DNA from: Candidatus Rifleibacteriota bacterium | GTDB taxonomy: Bacteria > Muiribacteriota > Ozemobacteria > Ozemobacterales > Ozemobacteraceae | DNA: 24,243 nt | NCBI GenBank assembly: GCA_051747585.1 | Contig: JBNJGH010000046.1 | Location: forward strand, 1-24,243 | Direction of reading: 5' to 3' | Part shown: positions 14,562 through 23,341 of the stretch, piece after piece | How positions within the stretch are numbered: the stretch's first letter is position 1 | How the letters are laid out: each line of letters opens with the position of its first letter | The notes under the pieces: generated by a model | What the model was told of the DNA's origin: nothing | Databases searched by the model: none | What the model saw: the letters and a program-made list of their open reading frames with translations, nothing else | Position numbers and translations under genes: made by a program

Positions 14562-16304
14562 TTAAAATTTGAATAAAAGATGATCACAAATATACTGCAT
14601 TGAAGATAGCATGCTTCCTGTGCTTCTTAAAGCATCCAGGCAGGTAATTCCTTCGACAGGATTGTATTTTCCGGACTTTATGCGATCGAGATGATTACTG
14701 CGAGCAGCTTTGTCTAACAATCCCTGGCTGTAAATACAATTGCGAATCTCTTGAGCTTCTTCTTCTCCAAGCTGTAAATTTGCGGTAAGTTGCTCAAAAA
14801 CTTCACGAGTTTTGCTGAGGCAGAGATGCAACTCTTCTCTTATATTTAGAGAAAAAGTCTGGTTTTCTTCGGCATTGTCGAGCAATATAGTGATGAGCTT
14901 GTTGAGCTGAGAGGATAATATTTCCAGATCTTTGTTGAGATAAAGCAATCTGGTAACCTGTCTGGTCATATCTTCCGACAAATCTTTCTGAGCCAGAGAA
15001 ACCAGAAATTTATTCAACTCTTTATTTATTTGCGCTCTTTGCTTATGCAAGCTTTCAATAACAGAAGCGGCAGCCGCAACTTCATCTAGATTCTGATCTT
15101 GATTCAGTAACAAATCTTCGATTCTGACAAATTTCTTTTTAACAAGTTTAATCGAAGCTTTAAGTTGTTTTTCCGCCTGAGCAATTGCAATAGGAGGAGT
15201 GGCAAGAATTCTCTTATCAAGATTGGTAGAATCCGCTTCCTGTTCTTCTTCATTGCGAGGCAGGACAAATAGAGCAGTTTTCTCCAGCAAACCTGCAAAT
15301 GGCAGAAAAAGAAGGCCATTGGTTATATTGAAAAAACTGTGGGCATTGGCCACCTGTCGCATTGGTTCAGGCGATGTTGACAAAATAAAGCGGGCATAAT
15401 AATCAATAAAGGGCAACAAAATCAAAGTGCCCAGGGTATTAAAAAGCGAATGAATCAGAGCGGCTCTTTGTCCATTTCTTGAAGCACCGATAGATGCAAG
15501 CGCAGCGGTAACACAAGTGCCAATATTATCACCCAGAATAATAGGAATCGCTGCTTTCAAGGCAATAAGGGGATCATCGCCGAAAGCTCCGGTTCCGATA
15601 AGACTCATGGTCAACCCCACTGTTGCCGAACTGCTCTGAACAATCATGGTAACAATTATTCCAGCCAATACCCCAAGTAATCGATGCTGAGAAAGCAGCA
15701 CAAAAGTAGACCTGAACAATTCATGGTCACGATAGGCCTTAAGGGTATCCCCCATAAACTTCATACCGAGAAACAAAAGAGCAAAACCTATTAAAGCCTC
15801 ACCCCAGGAGCGATTTTTTCTTGATTTGGAAAAAACAAGCATTGCGCTGCCGATTGCCAGCACAGGCCAGGCGAGGTCTGTGAGTTTGAAGGCTATAAGT
15901 TGCGCTGTAACCGTTGTTCCTATATTTGCGCCCAGAATTATGCCAACCGACTGTTTAAGACTCATAAGGCCGGCATTAACAAAACCGACGGTCATAACCG
16001 TAGTGGCAGAGCTGCTTTGAATAAGCGCCGTTACCCCCAACCCGGTTAACATTCCGGCGAATCTGCTACTGGTAAGAGTCGAAACTATTGTTTTGAGACG
16101 ACTGCCGGCAATTCTCTGTAAGCTTGAGCTCATGAGATGCATACCAAAAACAAACATTCCCAGCCCGCCGGCAAAAACTGCAAAAGTATCTCTGGCTTCT
16201 TTGCCGTGAAAATAATGGAGATAAAAAAAGGTAAAAATAAATACGACAAAAGCTGCCCATTTAATTGAAAGTTTTACGGTGCGCTTAATCTTTTTGTTCA
16301 ACAT
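14562..16304 (-). CDS. Na/Pi cotransporter family protein with PhoU-like C-terminus
   Basis: Two QSSSAT repeats, GANIGTT and GDNIGTC motifs, RQVANAH-FFN. Start is uncertain (ATG at 16304 or TTG at 16340). Confidence 0.92.
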   Translation of the reverse strand: MLNKKIKRTVKLSIKWAAFVVFIFTFFYLHYFHGKEARDTFAVFAGGLGMFVFGMHLMSSSLQRIAGSRLKTIVSTLTSSRFAGMLTGLGVTALIQSSSATTVMTVGFVNAGLMSLKQSVGIILGANIGTTVTAQLIAFKLTDLAWPVLAIGSAMLVFSKSRKNRSWGEALIGFALLFLGMKFMGDTLKAYRDHELFRSTFVLLSQHRLLGVLAGIIVTMIVQSSSATVGLTMSLIGTGAFGDDPLIALKAAIPIILGDNIGTCVTAALASIGASRNGQRAALIHSLFNTLGTLILLPFIDYYARFILSTSPEPMRQVANAHSFFNITNGLLFLPFAGLLEKTALFVLPRNEEEQEADSTNLDKRILATPPIAIAQAEKQLKASIKLVKKKFVRIEDLLLNQDQNLDEVAAAASVIESLHKQRAQINKELNKFLVSLAQKDLSEDMTRQVTRLLYLNKDLEILSSQLNKLITILLDNAEENQTFSLNIREELHLCLSKTREVFEQLTANLQLGEEEAQEIRNCIYSQGLLDKAARSNHLDRIKSGKYNPVEGITCLDALRSTGSMLSSMQYICDHLLFKF

Positions 16305-16363
16305 TTGCTCAACCACCAACTGTTTATTTAAGACAGCCAAGGGATAGCAAATTTTATACCAAA

Positions 16364-17266
16364 TTACAATCTCAAATTAAAATGTTCGCATATTTTTTTC
16401 AGATCAGCAGAAATCTCATTAATCTGAGCAACAAGAGAAGGAACCTTTTCAAATGCCTGCTCAGTCTTTTGCTTTTTTGCCAGAGATTCAATTTTTTTGG
16501 CGTTAATAAACACATAATCTGCCGAGAGCATTCCCGCCAGACCTTTTAAAGAATGAGCAATCTCTCTAAGGTCTTCTGTATTTTCGCTCATTATGCATTC
16601 TGAAAGCTTTGAAATAAGAACTTTAGACCTTCGGGCAAAAATATTACAAATCTTTGCAAGATTTTCTGTTCGGTTCAATATTCTAAGTTCAAGTGCTTTT
16701 AAATTGATCTGCTTGAGACTAATTCCTTTATAGCCTGCATCAGCTAACGATTGGCCGGCTTCATCTCTGGCAGGCTCTAATTCTACCGCATCTTTTATCG
16801 ATTCAGAAACACCTTCAGGAAAAACATTTTGGACAGCCCTGATAAGATCTACGGGATAATAAGGTTTTGTTAAATAACCATCAGCCCCCGCAGCAATTGC
16901 GTTATCGACCTCTTGTGTTTCAGAAAAGCCACTCAGCGCAATAATCGGGATAGTTTTGTACCATGAGTCTGAGCTGCGAATTTCTTTTATTGCCGAAATG
17001 CCATCCAGCCCGGGCATTTGCAAATCAATCAATAACAGCTCATATCGTCGTTTTTTCAACTTCTCCAGCGCATCAAGACCATCAACAGCCGAGTCTGCTT
17101 TTCCACCAAACTCTTGAATAATAGAAACCGCGAGAAACAAATTAGTTTCGTTATCATCGGCAACCAGAATATAAACAGGTTCATTGCTATTTTTTACAAG
17201 CTTTAACCTGCTTACATCGTAGGCTTCGTTGTTCGATCCCGAGGCTTTTGCGTTCTTCTCTGCCAT
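16364..17266 (-). CDS. Receiver domain plus Hpt domain protein
   Basis: ILVADDNETN, IDLQMPGLDG and YLTKP, with C-terminal Hpt motif AHSLKGLAGML. Confidence 0.88.
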   Translation of the reverse strand: MAEKNAKASGSNNEAYDVSRLKLVKNSNEPVYILVADDNETNLFLAVSIIQEFGGKADSAVDGLDALEKLKKRRYELLLIDLQMPGLDGISAIKEIRSSDSWYKTIPIIALSGFSETQEVDNAIAAGADGYLTKPYYPVDLIRAVQNVFPEGVSESIKDAVELEPARDEAGQSLADAGYKGISLKQINLKALELRILNRTENLAKICNIFARRSKVLISKLSECIMSENTEDLREIAHSLKGLAGMLSADYVFINAKKIESLAKKQKTEQAFEKVPSLVAQINEISADLKKICEHFNLRL

Positions 17267-17300
17267 AAATACTGCTCACTAACAAAAGAGTAAAAAATTG

Positions 17301-17462
17301 TCAGCTTGCCTTATAAGCAATACTCTTTCTCTTTTTTAAAGCAATTATAACTGCAGCAAAAGAAGCTAACAGGCAACCGGCACCAATAATAACGAACAGA
17401 AGCCCTAAAGAGCCAAGAACAGCTCCAATAAAACCATATATATAGTTCTCCCAGTTTTTCAT
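17301..17462 (-). CDS. Small membrane protein (53 aa), absent from the ORF track
   Basis: AGGAGG-6nt-ATG. Sequence MKNWENYIYGFIGAVLGSLGLLFVIIGAGCLLASFAAVIIALKKRKSIAYKAS, a hydrophobic core with a basic tail. Confidence 0.75.
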   Translation of the reverse strand: MKNWENYIYGFIGAVLGSLGLLFVIIGAGCLLASFAAVIIALKKRKSIAYKAS

Positions 17463-17568
17463 TATTATCCTCCTAATTGCTCTTACTAAAGCTTAGGCCT
17501 TTTGATTTGAAAAAGCAAGTAAACTATGTAATAGTACCTTGAAGCTCTAAATTTAGGAGAATATATTT

Positions 17569-18588
17569 ATGCAGGATGGAAATAACAAAGGACCGGTTGA
17601 AGATGCAATCATCGACACCAGCAAGTTGCCCTCACCGGAAAATATGCAGAAAGCTATTATAGGCATTGTAATACTTGCTTTGCTGGTGATCGGCATTTCA
17701 AGCGCTTTTTTCAAAGTAGATACCGAAGAAACTGCAGTAGTTCTGAGGCTTGGAAAATTTAGCCGCACCGCAGACTCAGGTCTACACTTCAAGCTGCCTT
17801 TCGGCATCGAAAGAGTTTCCAAAGTAAAAACCGGAAGAATCTTAAAAGAAGAATTTGGTTTTCGCAGTGTTAAACCAGGTATACGAAGCACTTATAAAAA
17901 AGAGGGCTACCGCGACGAATCTCTTCTTCTAACCGGCGATCTTAATGTGACCGACGTTGAATGGATTGTTCAGTTTAGAATTGAAGACCCTTTTAAATAC
18001 GTCTTCCAGATTAAGAATCCACTCACAACCATCAGAGATGTTTCGGAAGCCATTACTCGTAAAATCGTTGGTGATTCTAATGTAACCGCCGTGTTAACAA
18101 CAGAAAGAGCGCGGCTGGCAGCTAAAATCCATGAAGAAATGCAAAAAGTTTTAACTGATTATGATATTGGTGTGAAAATAGTAACCGTAAAATTTCAGGA
18201 TGTTAATCCTCCTGAAAAAGTTAAAAATGCGTTTAACGCCGTTAATGAAGCTGAGCAACAAAAAGAAAGCCTGATTCAGCAAGCAAGAGAACAATATAAT
18301 CGCGAGGTTCCCAAAACACGCGGTCAGGCAAAACAGATGATTGAAGAAGCTGAAGGTTACGCACTACAAAGGGTAAACGAAGCAGAGGGTAATGCAAAAA
18401 AATTCCTGGCACTACTGAAAAAATATGAACAATACCCAGAAGTCACTCACAAACGCATGTATCTTGAAACCATGGAAAGAGTATTACCACGAATTAAAGA
18501 TATATGGATAATAGATAAAGAAGGCAAACAAGCTCAGGATGTAATGCCTATTCTTCCCCTGCAAGGCCTTAACGGAGGTGCCAGATGA
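17569..18588 (+). CDS. hflK: FtsH protease modulator HflK
   Basis: N-terminal TM and SPFH domain: VVLRLGK, LLTGDLN, QDVNPPEKVKNAFNAV, PEVTHKRMYLETM. Overlaps hflC (ATGA). Confidence 0.93.
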   Translation: MQDGNNKGPVEDAIIDTSKLPSPENMQKAIIGIVILALLVIGISSAFFKVDTEETAVVLRLGKFSRTADSGLHFKLPFGIERVSKVKTGRILKEEFGFRSVKPGIRSTYKKEGYRDESLLLTGDLNVTDVEWIVQFRIEDPFKYVFQIKNPLTTIRDVSEAITRKIVGDSNVTAVLTTERARLAAKIHEEMQKVLTDYDIGVKIVTVKFQDVNPPEKVKNAFNAVNEAEQQKESLIQQAREQYNREVPKTRGQAKQMIEEAEGYALQRVNEAEGNAKKFLALLKKYEQYPEVTHKRMYLETMERVLPRIKDIWIIDKEGKQAQDVMPILPLQGLNGGAR

Positions 18589-19511
18589 AAAAGATAATAG
18601 CAGCAATAATTATTGTAGGAATCCTGATTCTGCTTTCTCAGGGATTGTTTATAATCAGAGAAGACCAACAGGCAGTAATAACCAGGTTTGGGAAACCAAT
18701 GAATACGATCAAAGAAGCCGGGCTTAATTTCAGGGTTCCTTTTATAGATCAAATAAATATATTTGAAAAACGAATTTTGAAATGGGATGGAGACCCAAAC
18801 CAGATCACTACCCAGGAAAAGAAATACATCTGGGCCGACGCTACGGCAAGATGGCGCATAACAGACCCGTTGAAGTTCATGAAGACCGTTGCCACTCAGC
18901 AGGGTGCCCACAGCCGCCTGGATGACATTGTCGATTCTGTGGTAAGAGACGCGGTTTCGGGCAATTATCTTGTTAACCTGGTAAGGGGACCAGACTATAG
19001 AGAAGTTGGGCCATCTACCCGCATAGAGGAGGAAATTGTAGGAGTAGACGAAAGAATTACCCGCGAAGACGTTCTTCAAGACATTCTTGAACTGGCCCGG
19101 CTTAATACCCCAGATTACGGCATAGACTTGATAGACGTACAGATTAAAAGATTAAATTATGTTGAACAAGTGCGCGAAAGAGTTTATGAACGAATGGTTT
19201 CAGAAAGAAACAAAGTTGCAGCAGAATACCGCTCAGAAGGAGAAGGTAAAAAGGCAGAAATTCTTGGCCAGATGTCTAAAGAGCTTAAGAAGATACGCTC
19301 CAAAGCCAAAAGAACTTCTCTTGAAGTAAAAGGTGATGCCGACGCAAAGGCCGCAAAAGTGTATGCCGAAGCCTATGGCAAAAACCCAAAATTTTATTCT
19401 TTTTATCGAACTCTTGAAAGCATAGAAAAGTCTATGGGCGATAATAACAAGCTGGTAATCTCAGCTGACTCCGAAATTTATAAATATCTGAAAAATGCTG
19501 ATATAAAATAA
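18585..19511 (+). CDS. hflC: FtsH protease modulator HflC
   Basis: QQAVITRFGKP, RWRITDPLKF, VYERMVSER-AAEYRSEG and FYSFYRTLES. Confidence 0.93.
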   Translation: MKKIIAAIIIVGILILLSQGLFIIREDQQAVITRFGKPMNTIKEAGLNFRVPFIDQINIFEKRILKWDGDPNQITTQEKKYIWADATARWRITDPLKFMKTVATQQGAHSRLDDIVDSVVRDAVSGNYLVNLVRGPDYREVGPSTRIEEEIVGVDERITREDVLQDILELARLNTPDYGIDLIDVQIKRLNYVEQVRERVYERMVSERNKVAAEYRSEGEGKKAEILGQMSKELKKIRSKAKRTSLEVKGDADAKAAKVYAEAYGKNPKFYSFYRTLESIEKSMGDNNKLVISADSEIYKYLKNADIK

Positions 19512-19516
19512 ACGCT

Positions 19517-19891
19517 TTAAAGCTCTACTGAATTCTGTTCGGTTATGTTATCGAGCTTTCTATAAAGAGTTTTCTCACAAATCTTACCAGGTTTAAAAAT
19601 TCGTTTGAGAATCTGGTAAGATTTTTTTGCGTTTTCATGGCTGCCACAGGTAAAAATATCAATCTGTACTGCTTCGCATTCAGGCCATGTGTGCAAAGTA
19701 ATATGAGATTCGGTCAGCAAAGCTGCAGCAGTATAGCCTACCGGAGAAAACTGATGGTACCTTATCAAAACGCAATTCAAACCGGATTCCTGAACCGCCT
19801 GTTCAAGAATTTCATCTCCTGTTTCACCGTATTCCAGCAATTCAAGCGGGCAAGCACTGAAATCGGCAATAATGTGAATTGAATTAGGCAT
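19517..19891 (-). CDS. speD: S-adenosylmethionine decarboxylase proenzyme (short class 1B type)
   Basis: HIIADF, HQFSPVG, self-cleavage motif LTESHITLHTWPE, DIFTCG. Directly downstream of an aminopropyltransferase. Confidence 0.9.
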   Translation of the reverse strand: MPNSIHIIADFSACPLELLEYGETGDEILEQAVQESGLNCVLIRYHQFSPVGYTAAALLTESHITLHTWPECEAVQIDIFTCGSHENAKKSYQILKRIFKPGKICEKTLYRKLDNITEQNSVEL

Positions 19892-19900
19892 AATTACTAC

Positions 19901-21442
19901 TTAAAGGACCCATTGATCCCATCCCTCTTCATAATAGGCCTTGATAATATGGGTGTCAATTGAATTAATTTCAGTATCTACGAATCCCATATCTTCAGGG
20001 AAAATGTTTAGCGTTTTAACGAACTCATTGTTTAAAAATCTGGCCGGAACTTTTAAATCGATTGAATCCCAGACAATTGGTGCAGTCGATGCCATTACGA
20101 AGCCCCACTGACCAAAGGAAGGCACATAAGTGTGGTAAGCCTCTACTTCAAGCCGGTGGGTTTCTGTAGCTGTTGAATTAGCATAAAGCGGGTTGTTAAC
20201 AGACCTGAACGTGTTGTATATGCACCAGTAAGCCTTGTGAGAGTAAAGCGGCGAGGTTGCCTGAGTAACTACTATTCCGCCATGACTCAGTTTATGGCTC
20301 AGCAGACGATAAAAAGTTTTTGAGTATAAACGGCTTAAAGTCAGGTTATCAGGGTCAGGTAAATCAATAATAATTACATCATAAAGCTTTTCGTCATTTT
20401 CGAGATGTTTCCAGGCATCAGCATTTACTACTTTAGTCTTTGGATTGCGCAGGGAATTTTTATTCAAATTGCGCATCAATATATTATCGCGGGCAAAATT
20501 GGTTATTGCCGGATCTATATCTACCAGCTTCAGCATTTTAACATCGGAGAACTTAAGGGCTTCTCTGGCAGCCAGGCCATCGCCTCCGCCAATTATCAAG
20601 ACATTTTCTCTATTATGTGCCAGTGACATGGCAGGCAAAACAAGCGCTTCATGATAACGATATTCATCTTGTGAACTGAATTGAATGCTACCATTGATAA
20701 ACATCCTTACATCAGTAGGTGTTTTTGTTACAACAACTCTTTGATACGGGGAGTGCGAGCTGTAAATAATTTCATCTCGATACAGGCTGTCTTCTGCAAG
20801 AGAAGTAATTTGATTCGCAAAAAGAAAACCGGTTAGCAAAAGAACAAACGAAGCGACCGAAAGAAAAGTGAGGCCCTTTTTATCATGGATCTTCTCTCTG
20901 AAAACATAAATTGCTCCCCCGCCAACTGCAACATTCATACAACCAAATAGCAGCCCGGTTCGAATCAAACCGAGATTAGGAACTAAAACCAATGGGAATA
21001 ATAGAGAAGCGAATAACGCACCAATATAATCGGCTGTTAAAACATTTGAGAAAAGAATTTTCAGACTTGAATTTTCTTTTAGAATTCTTAAAATTACAGG
21101 TATTTCAAGTCCGATAAATGTACCAACCACTACAGAGATTATAAACAAAAAAGGAGTATAATTCTCAATATAGGAAAAGGCAAAAAATAGAATTATCGCA
21201 CTCGACCCACCAATTATGCCGGTCATAACCTCTATAAAAACAAACCAGTCGTGAAGTTTGCGATTAATAAAGCGCGATAAAAAAGATCCCAAACCCATCG
21301 AGGTCATAAAAAGACCAATTACCAGCGAAAACTGATAAACAGAATCGCCAACCAGGTAACTTGAGATAGTTCCTGCCAATAATTCATAAACAAGGCCGCA
21401 AACTGCTATTAAAAATACTGAAAATAAAAGATATATCTGCAA
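19901..21442 (-). CDS. speE: Membrane-anchored polyamine aminopropyltransferase (spermidine synthase-like with N-terminal multi-TM domain)
   Basis: CGLVYEL TM domain, SPYQ, QFSSQDEYRYHEAL, IIGGGDGL, DIDP, IIDLPDP and VPSFGQWGF. TTG start. Confidence 0.9.
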   Translation of the reverse strand: MQIYLLFSVFLIAVCGLVYELLAGTISSYLVGDSVYQFSLVIGLFMTSMGLGSFLSRFINRKLHDWFVFIEVMTGIIGGSSAIILFFAFSYIENYTPFLFIISVVVGTFIGLEIPVILRILKENSSLKILFSNVLTADYIGALFASLLFPLVLVPNLGLIRTGLLFGCMNVAVGGGAIYVFREKIHDKKGLTFLSVASFVLLLTGFLFANQITSLAEDSLYRDEIIYSSHSPYQRVVVTKTPTDVRMFINGSIQFSSQDEYRYHEALVLPAMSLAHNRENVLIIGGGDGLAAREALKFSDVKMLKLVDIDPAITNFARDNILMRNLNKNSLRNPKTKVVNADAWKHLENDEKLYDVIIIDLPDPDNLTLSRLYSKTFYRLLSHKLSHGGIVVTQATSPLYSHKAYWCIYNTFRSVNNPLYANSTATETHRLEVEAYHTYVPSFGQWGFVMASTAPIVWDSIDLKVPARFLNNEFVKTLNIFPEDMGFVDTEINSIDTHIIKAYYEEGWDQWVL

Positions 21443-21478
21443 CTTGCTTTAACCTTTCTATGAATATGCAGAGAATAG

Positions 21479-21549
21479 CCAACGGCAAAACAGAAGGATT
21501 CGCAACAAACGCAATTTTTTTAAGCTAACGAGTCCTGCTTTGCCGCTGG
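21479..21549 (-). other. Long intergenic RNA hairpin upstream of speE
   Basis: CCAGCGGCAAAGCAG pairs with CTGTTTTGCCGTTGG (15 bp, two G-U pairs that work only on the minus/mRNA strand). No U-tract follows. Confidence 0.6.
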
Positions 21550-21574
21550 AGTATTTTTGTTAATACTGTATTAA

Positions 21575-21802
21575 TTAATGCATTGCAGAAGCAATGATAA
21601 TTGACAGGCCAAGCATTACCGCACCAATAATTATACCCAGCGCAGTATTCTGATCGATTTCTATTTCTTTTCTCACTGAGAAAGGAGAAACTTTACAAAT
21701 TAACCAGAAAGCAATCAAATAAATAACAAGACCTAAAACAGTATAGGCCAGAGTCGAAAGCATTGGCATCCAAGCTAATCCAGTAGCAACTTGTGTTTCC
21801 AT
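21575..21802 (-). CDS. DUF350-family small membrane protein
   Basis: 75 aa with two TM helices, SPFSVRKEIE-DQNTALGIIIGA motif, GGAG SD. Confidence 0.85.
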   Translation of the reverse strand: METQVATGLAWMPMLSTLAYTVLGLVIYLIAFWLICKVSPFSVRKEIEIDQNTALGIIIGAVMLGLSIIIASAMH

Positions 21803-21861
21803 AATTTTAAAACTCCAAACTTTTCTAGTCTAAATTTTGCTGAAAATTTTAAATTCTCAGA

Positions 21862-22044
21862 TTACTTCCCATGCATAAAGCCACGGTGTCTACCATGAAC
21901 GTAAACACTACGTTCTCTAACATTTCTTGTCTTATTGATTTTGGGGGTATCGCTGAACCCCTCGGGTGAAGACAGGTCGGTAGCCACAGCAAAAATTGAT
22001 ACAACCGAAAAAACTCCGGCAAAAATCCAGGTAAGCTTACTCAT
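21862..22044 (-). CDS. Small membrane-anchored or exported hypothetical protein (60 aa)
   Basis: GAGGA SD within the upstream gene's end, hydrophobic N-terminus, C-terminus RNVRERSVYVHGRHRGFMHGK, inside the operon. Confidence 0.7.
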   Translation of the reverse strand: MSKLTWIFAGVFSVVSIFAVATDLSSPEGFSDTPKINKTRNVRERSVYVHGRHRGFMHGK

Positions 22045-22046
22045 AA

Positions 22047-23339
22047 TCAATCATCCTCATCGTCGTCGTCGTCAGCCCAGCGCCTGCCCTCAAAAGACCA
22101 TCTTAGCAGGAAATAGGGTGCCGCAAGTAACAAACTGATAAAAAACCAGATCAAAGTATAATGGCCCTGAACAACGCCTTTTCTAATCTCGACAAGAGTT
22201 TTAGAAAGGGAGAAGTTTTTCTGGGGACTGTTATATTTTCCACCTTCACCATACATGGCAAGTTTAAAACCACCTTTGTCTGGAACCTTGAAATATGAAG
22301 TCACCTCTGTAGAGCCTTCGCGCCAATACTCACCGCCTTCATAGCCATCATAGAACTCAAGATAAGCCGGCATTTGGAAATAGCTGTTTTTTTCTTTTTC
22401 ATCGATGACATTAATATCGTAATAGCTCCAGCAATCGTTTAAAGTGGGTGTGTGTAATCTTATCCCGTAAAGCGCATCAGGATCTTCAGCCTTGAAAACT
22501 TTAGAAACCTTTCCGTTTTTAAAGACCTCAGCACCAATCCTTTCAGAAAAAATGACGTTCCCATTGCTGGAAACAATGAAATAAAGTAACAGAGCAAGAC
22601 CTGCAGCGACTGCCGCTCCTTTTGACAAGCTCTCAAATATTGGTGAAATTTTGAAAGGCTGGCATGAAAAAACGCCGGTCGGTTCAAAACTGTTAATTTT
22701 GAAAGCTTCATTTATTTCTTCGTAGGGAACATATTCACCCCAGAAATATTCCACTTCAGTTCCGCGTCTTTCAAGACAATACATATATGGCGGGCAAACT
22801 GCATCAAGATATCTGACTTTTTCTTTGGCTTTGGCCTGCCAGGTAAGCTCTCCTTCGACATAGCTGATTTGAGCAGTTGAACACTCAAAAACTTTAAAGG
22901 TTTTGTCTCTTACTTTGAAGGTAGATTTTCGTGGCATAGCCAGATCAACATGCTCTTCGGGCATATCCTTTACCTCATGAAGCATTACCCAGTGCCCGTC
23001 TTCAAATATAAGCCAGACATAACCGTGAGTCGGAGAGAAAAGGAGATATTCGAGCCAGCGATAAATTTCGCCGAATTCTCGCTGCTCCATTTGCAACACG
23101 CCGATAACAGTAAAATTAATGCCCTTAAGCTTGCCTTTCAGGCCAATTTTCATCGGCATAAATGGGCGTTTTTTGTTTAAAAACTGATGCAGAACCTTGA
23201 ATTCATCTTTTGTGTCAAGACAAGAACCGCAATACTGACAAACGATAGACCTAACATTATGACCACCGCGAATCTCAATCGAGCCGCCGCATTGCGTACA
23301 TTTAATAGATTTAAGTCCCGGCTTGTTAGCCTTATCCAT
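22047..23339 (-). CDS. Zn-ribbon plus DUF4178-like membrane protein
   Basis: CTQCGG...CQYCG, IGLKGKL, WLEYLL, YVWL-EDGHW, YVEGELTW. Two TM segments and a poly-Asp C-terminus. Confidence 0.75.
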   Translation of the reverse strand: MDKANKPGLKSIKCTQCGGSIEIRGGHNVRSIVCQYCGSCLDTKDEFKVLHQFLNKKRPFMPMKIGLKGKLKGINFTVIGVLQMEQREFGEIYRWLEYLLFSPTHGYVWLIFEDGHWVMLHEVKDMPEEHVDLAMPRKSTFKVRDKTFKVFECSTAQISYVEGELTWQAKAKEKVRYLDAVCPPYMYCLERRGTEVEYFWGEYVPYEEINEAFKINSFEPTGVFSCQPFKISPIFESLSKGAAVAAGLALLLYFIVSSNGNVIFSERIGAEVFKNGKVSKVFKAEDPDALYGIRLHTPTLNDCWSYYDINVIDEKEKNSYFQMPAYLEFYDGYEGGEYWREGSTEVTSYFKVPDKGGFKLAMYGEGGKYNSPQKNFSLSKTLVEIRKGVVQGHYTLIWFFISLLLAAPYFLLRWSFEGRRWADDDDDEDD

Positions 23340-23341
23340 AC

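Noticed and set aside
18534..19079. 181-aa minus-strand ORF
   Set aside because: Antisense shadow of hflC.
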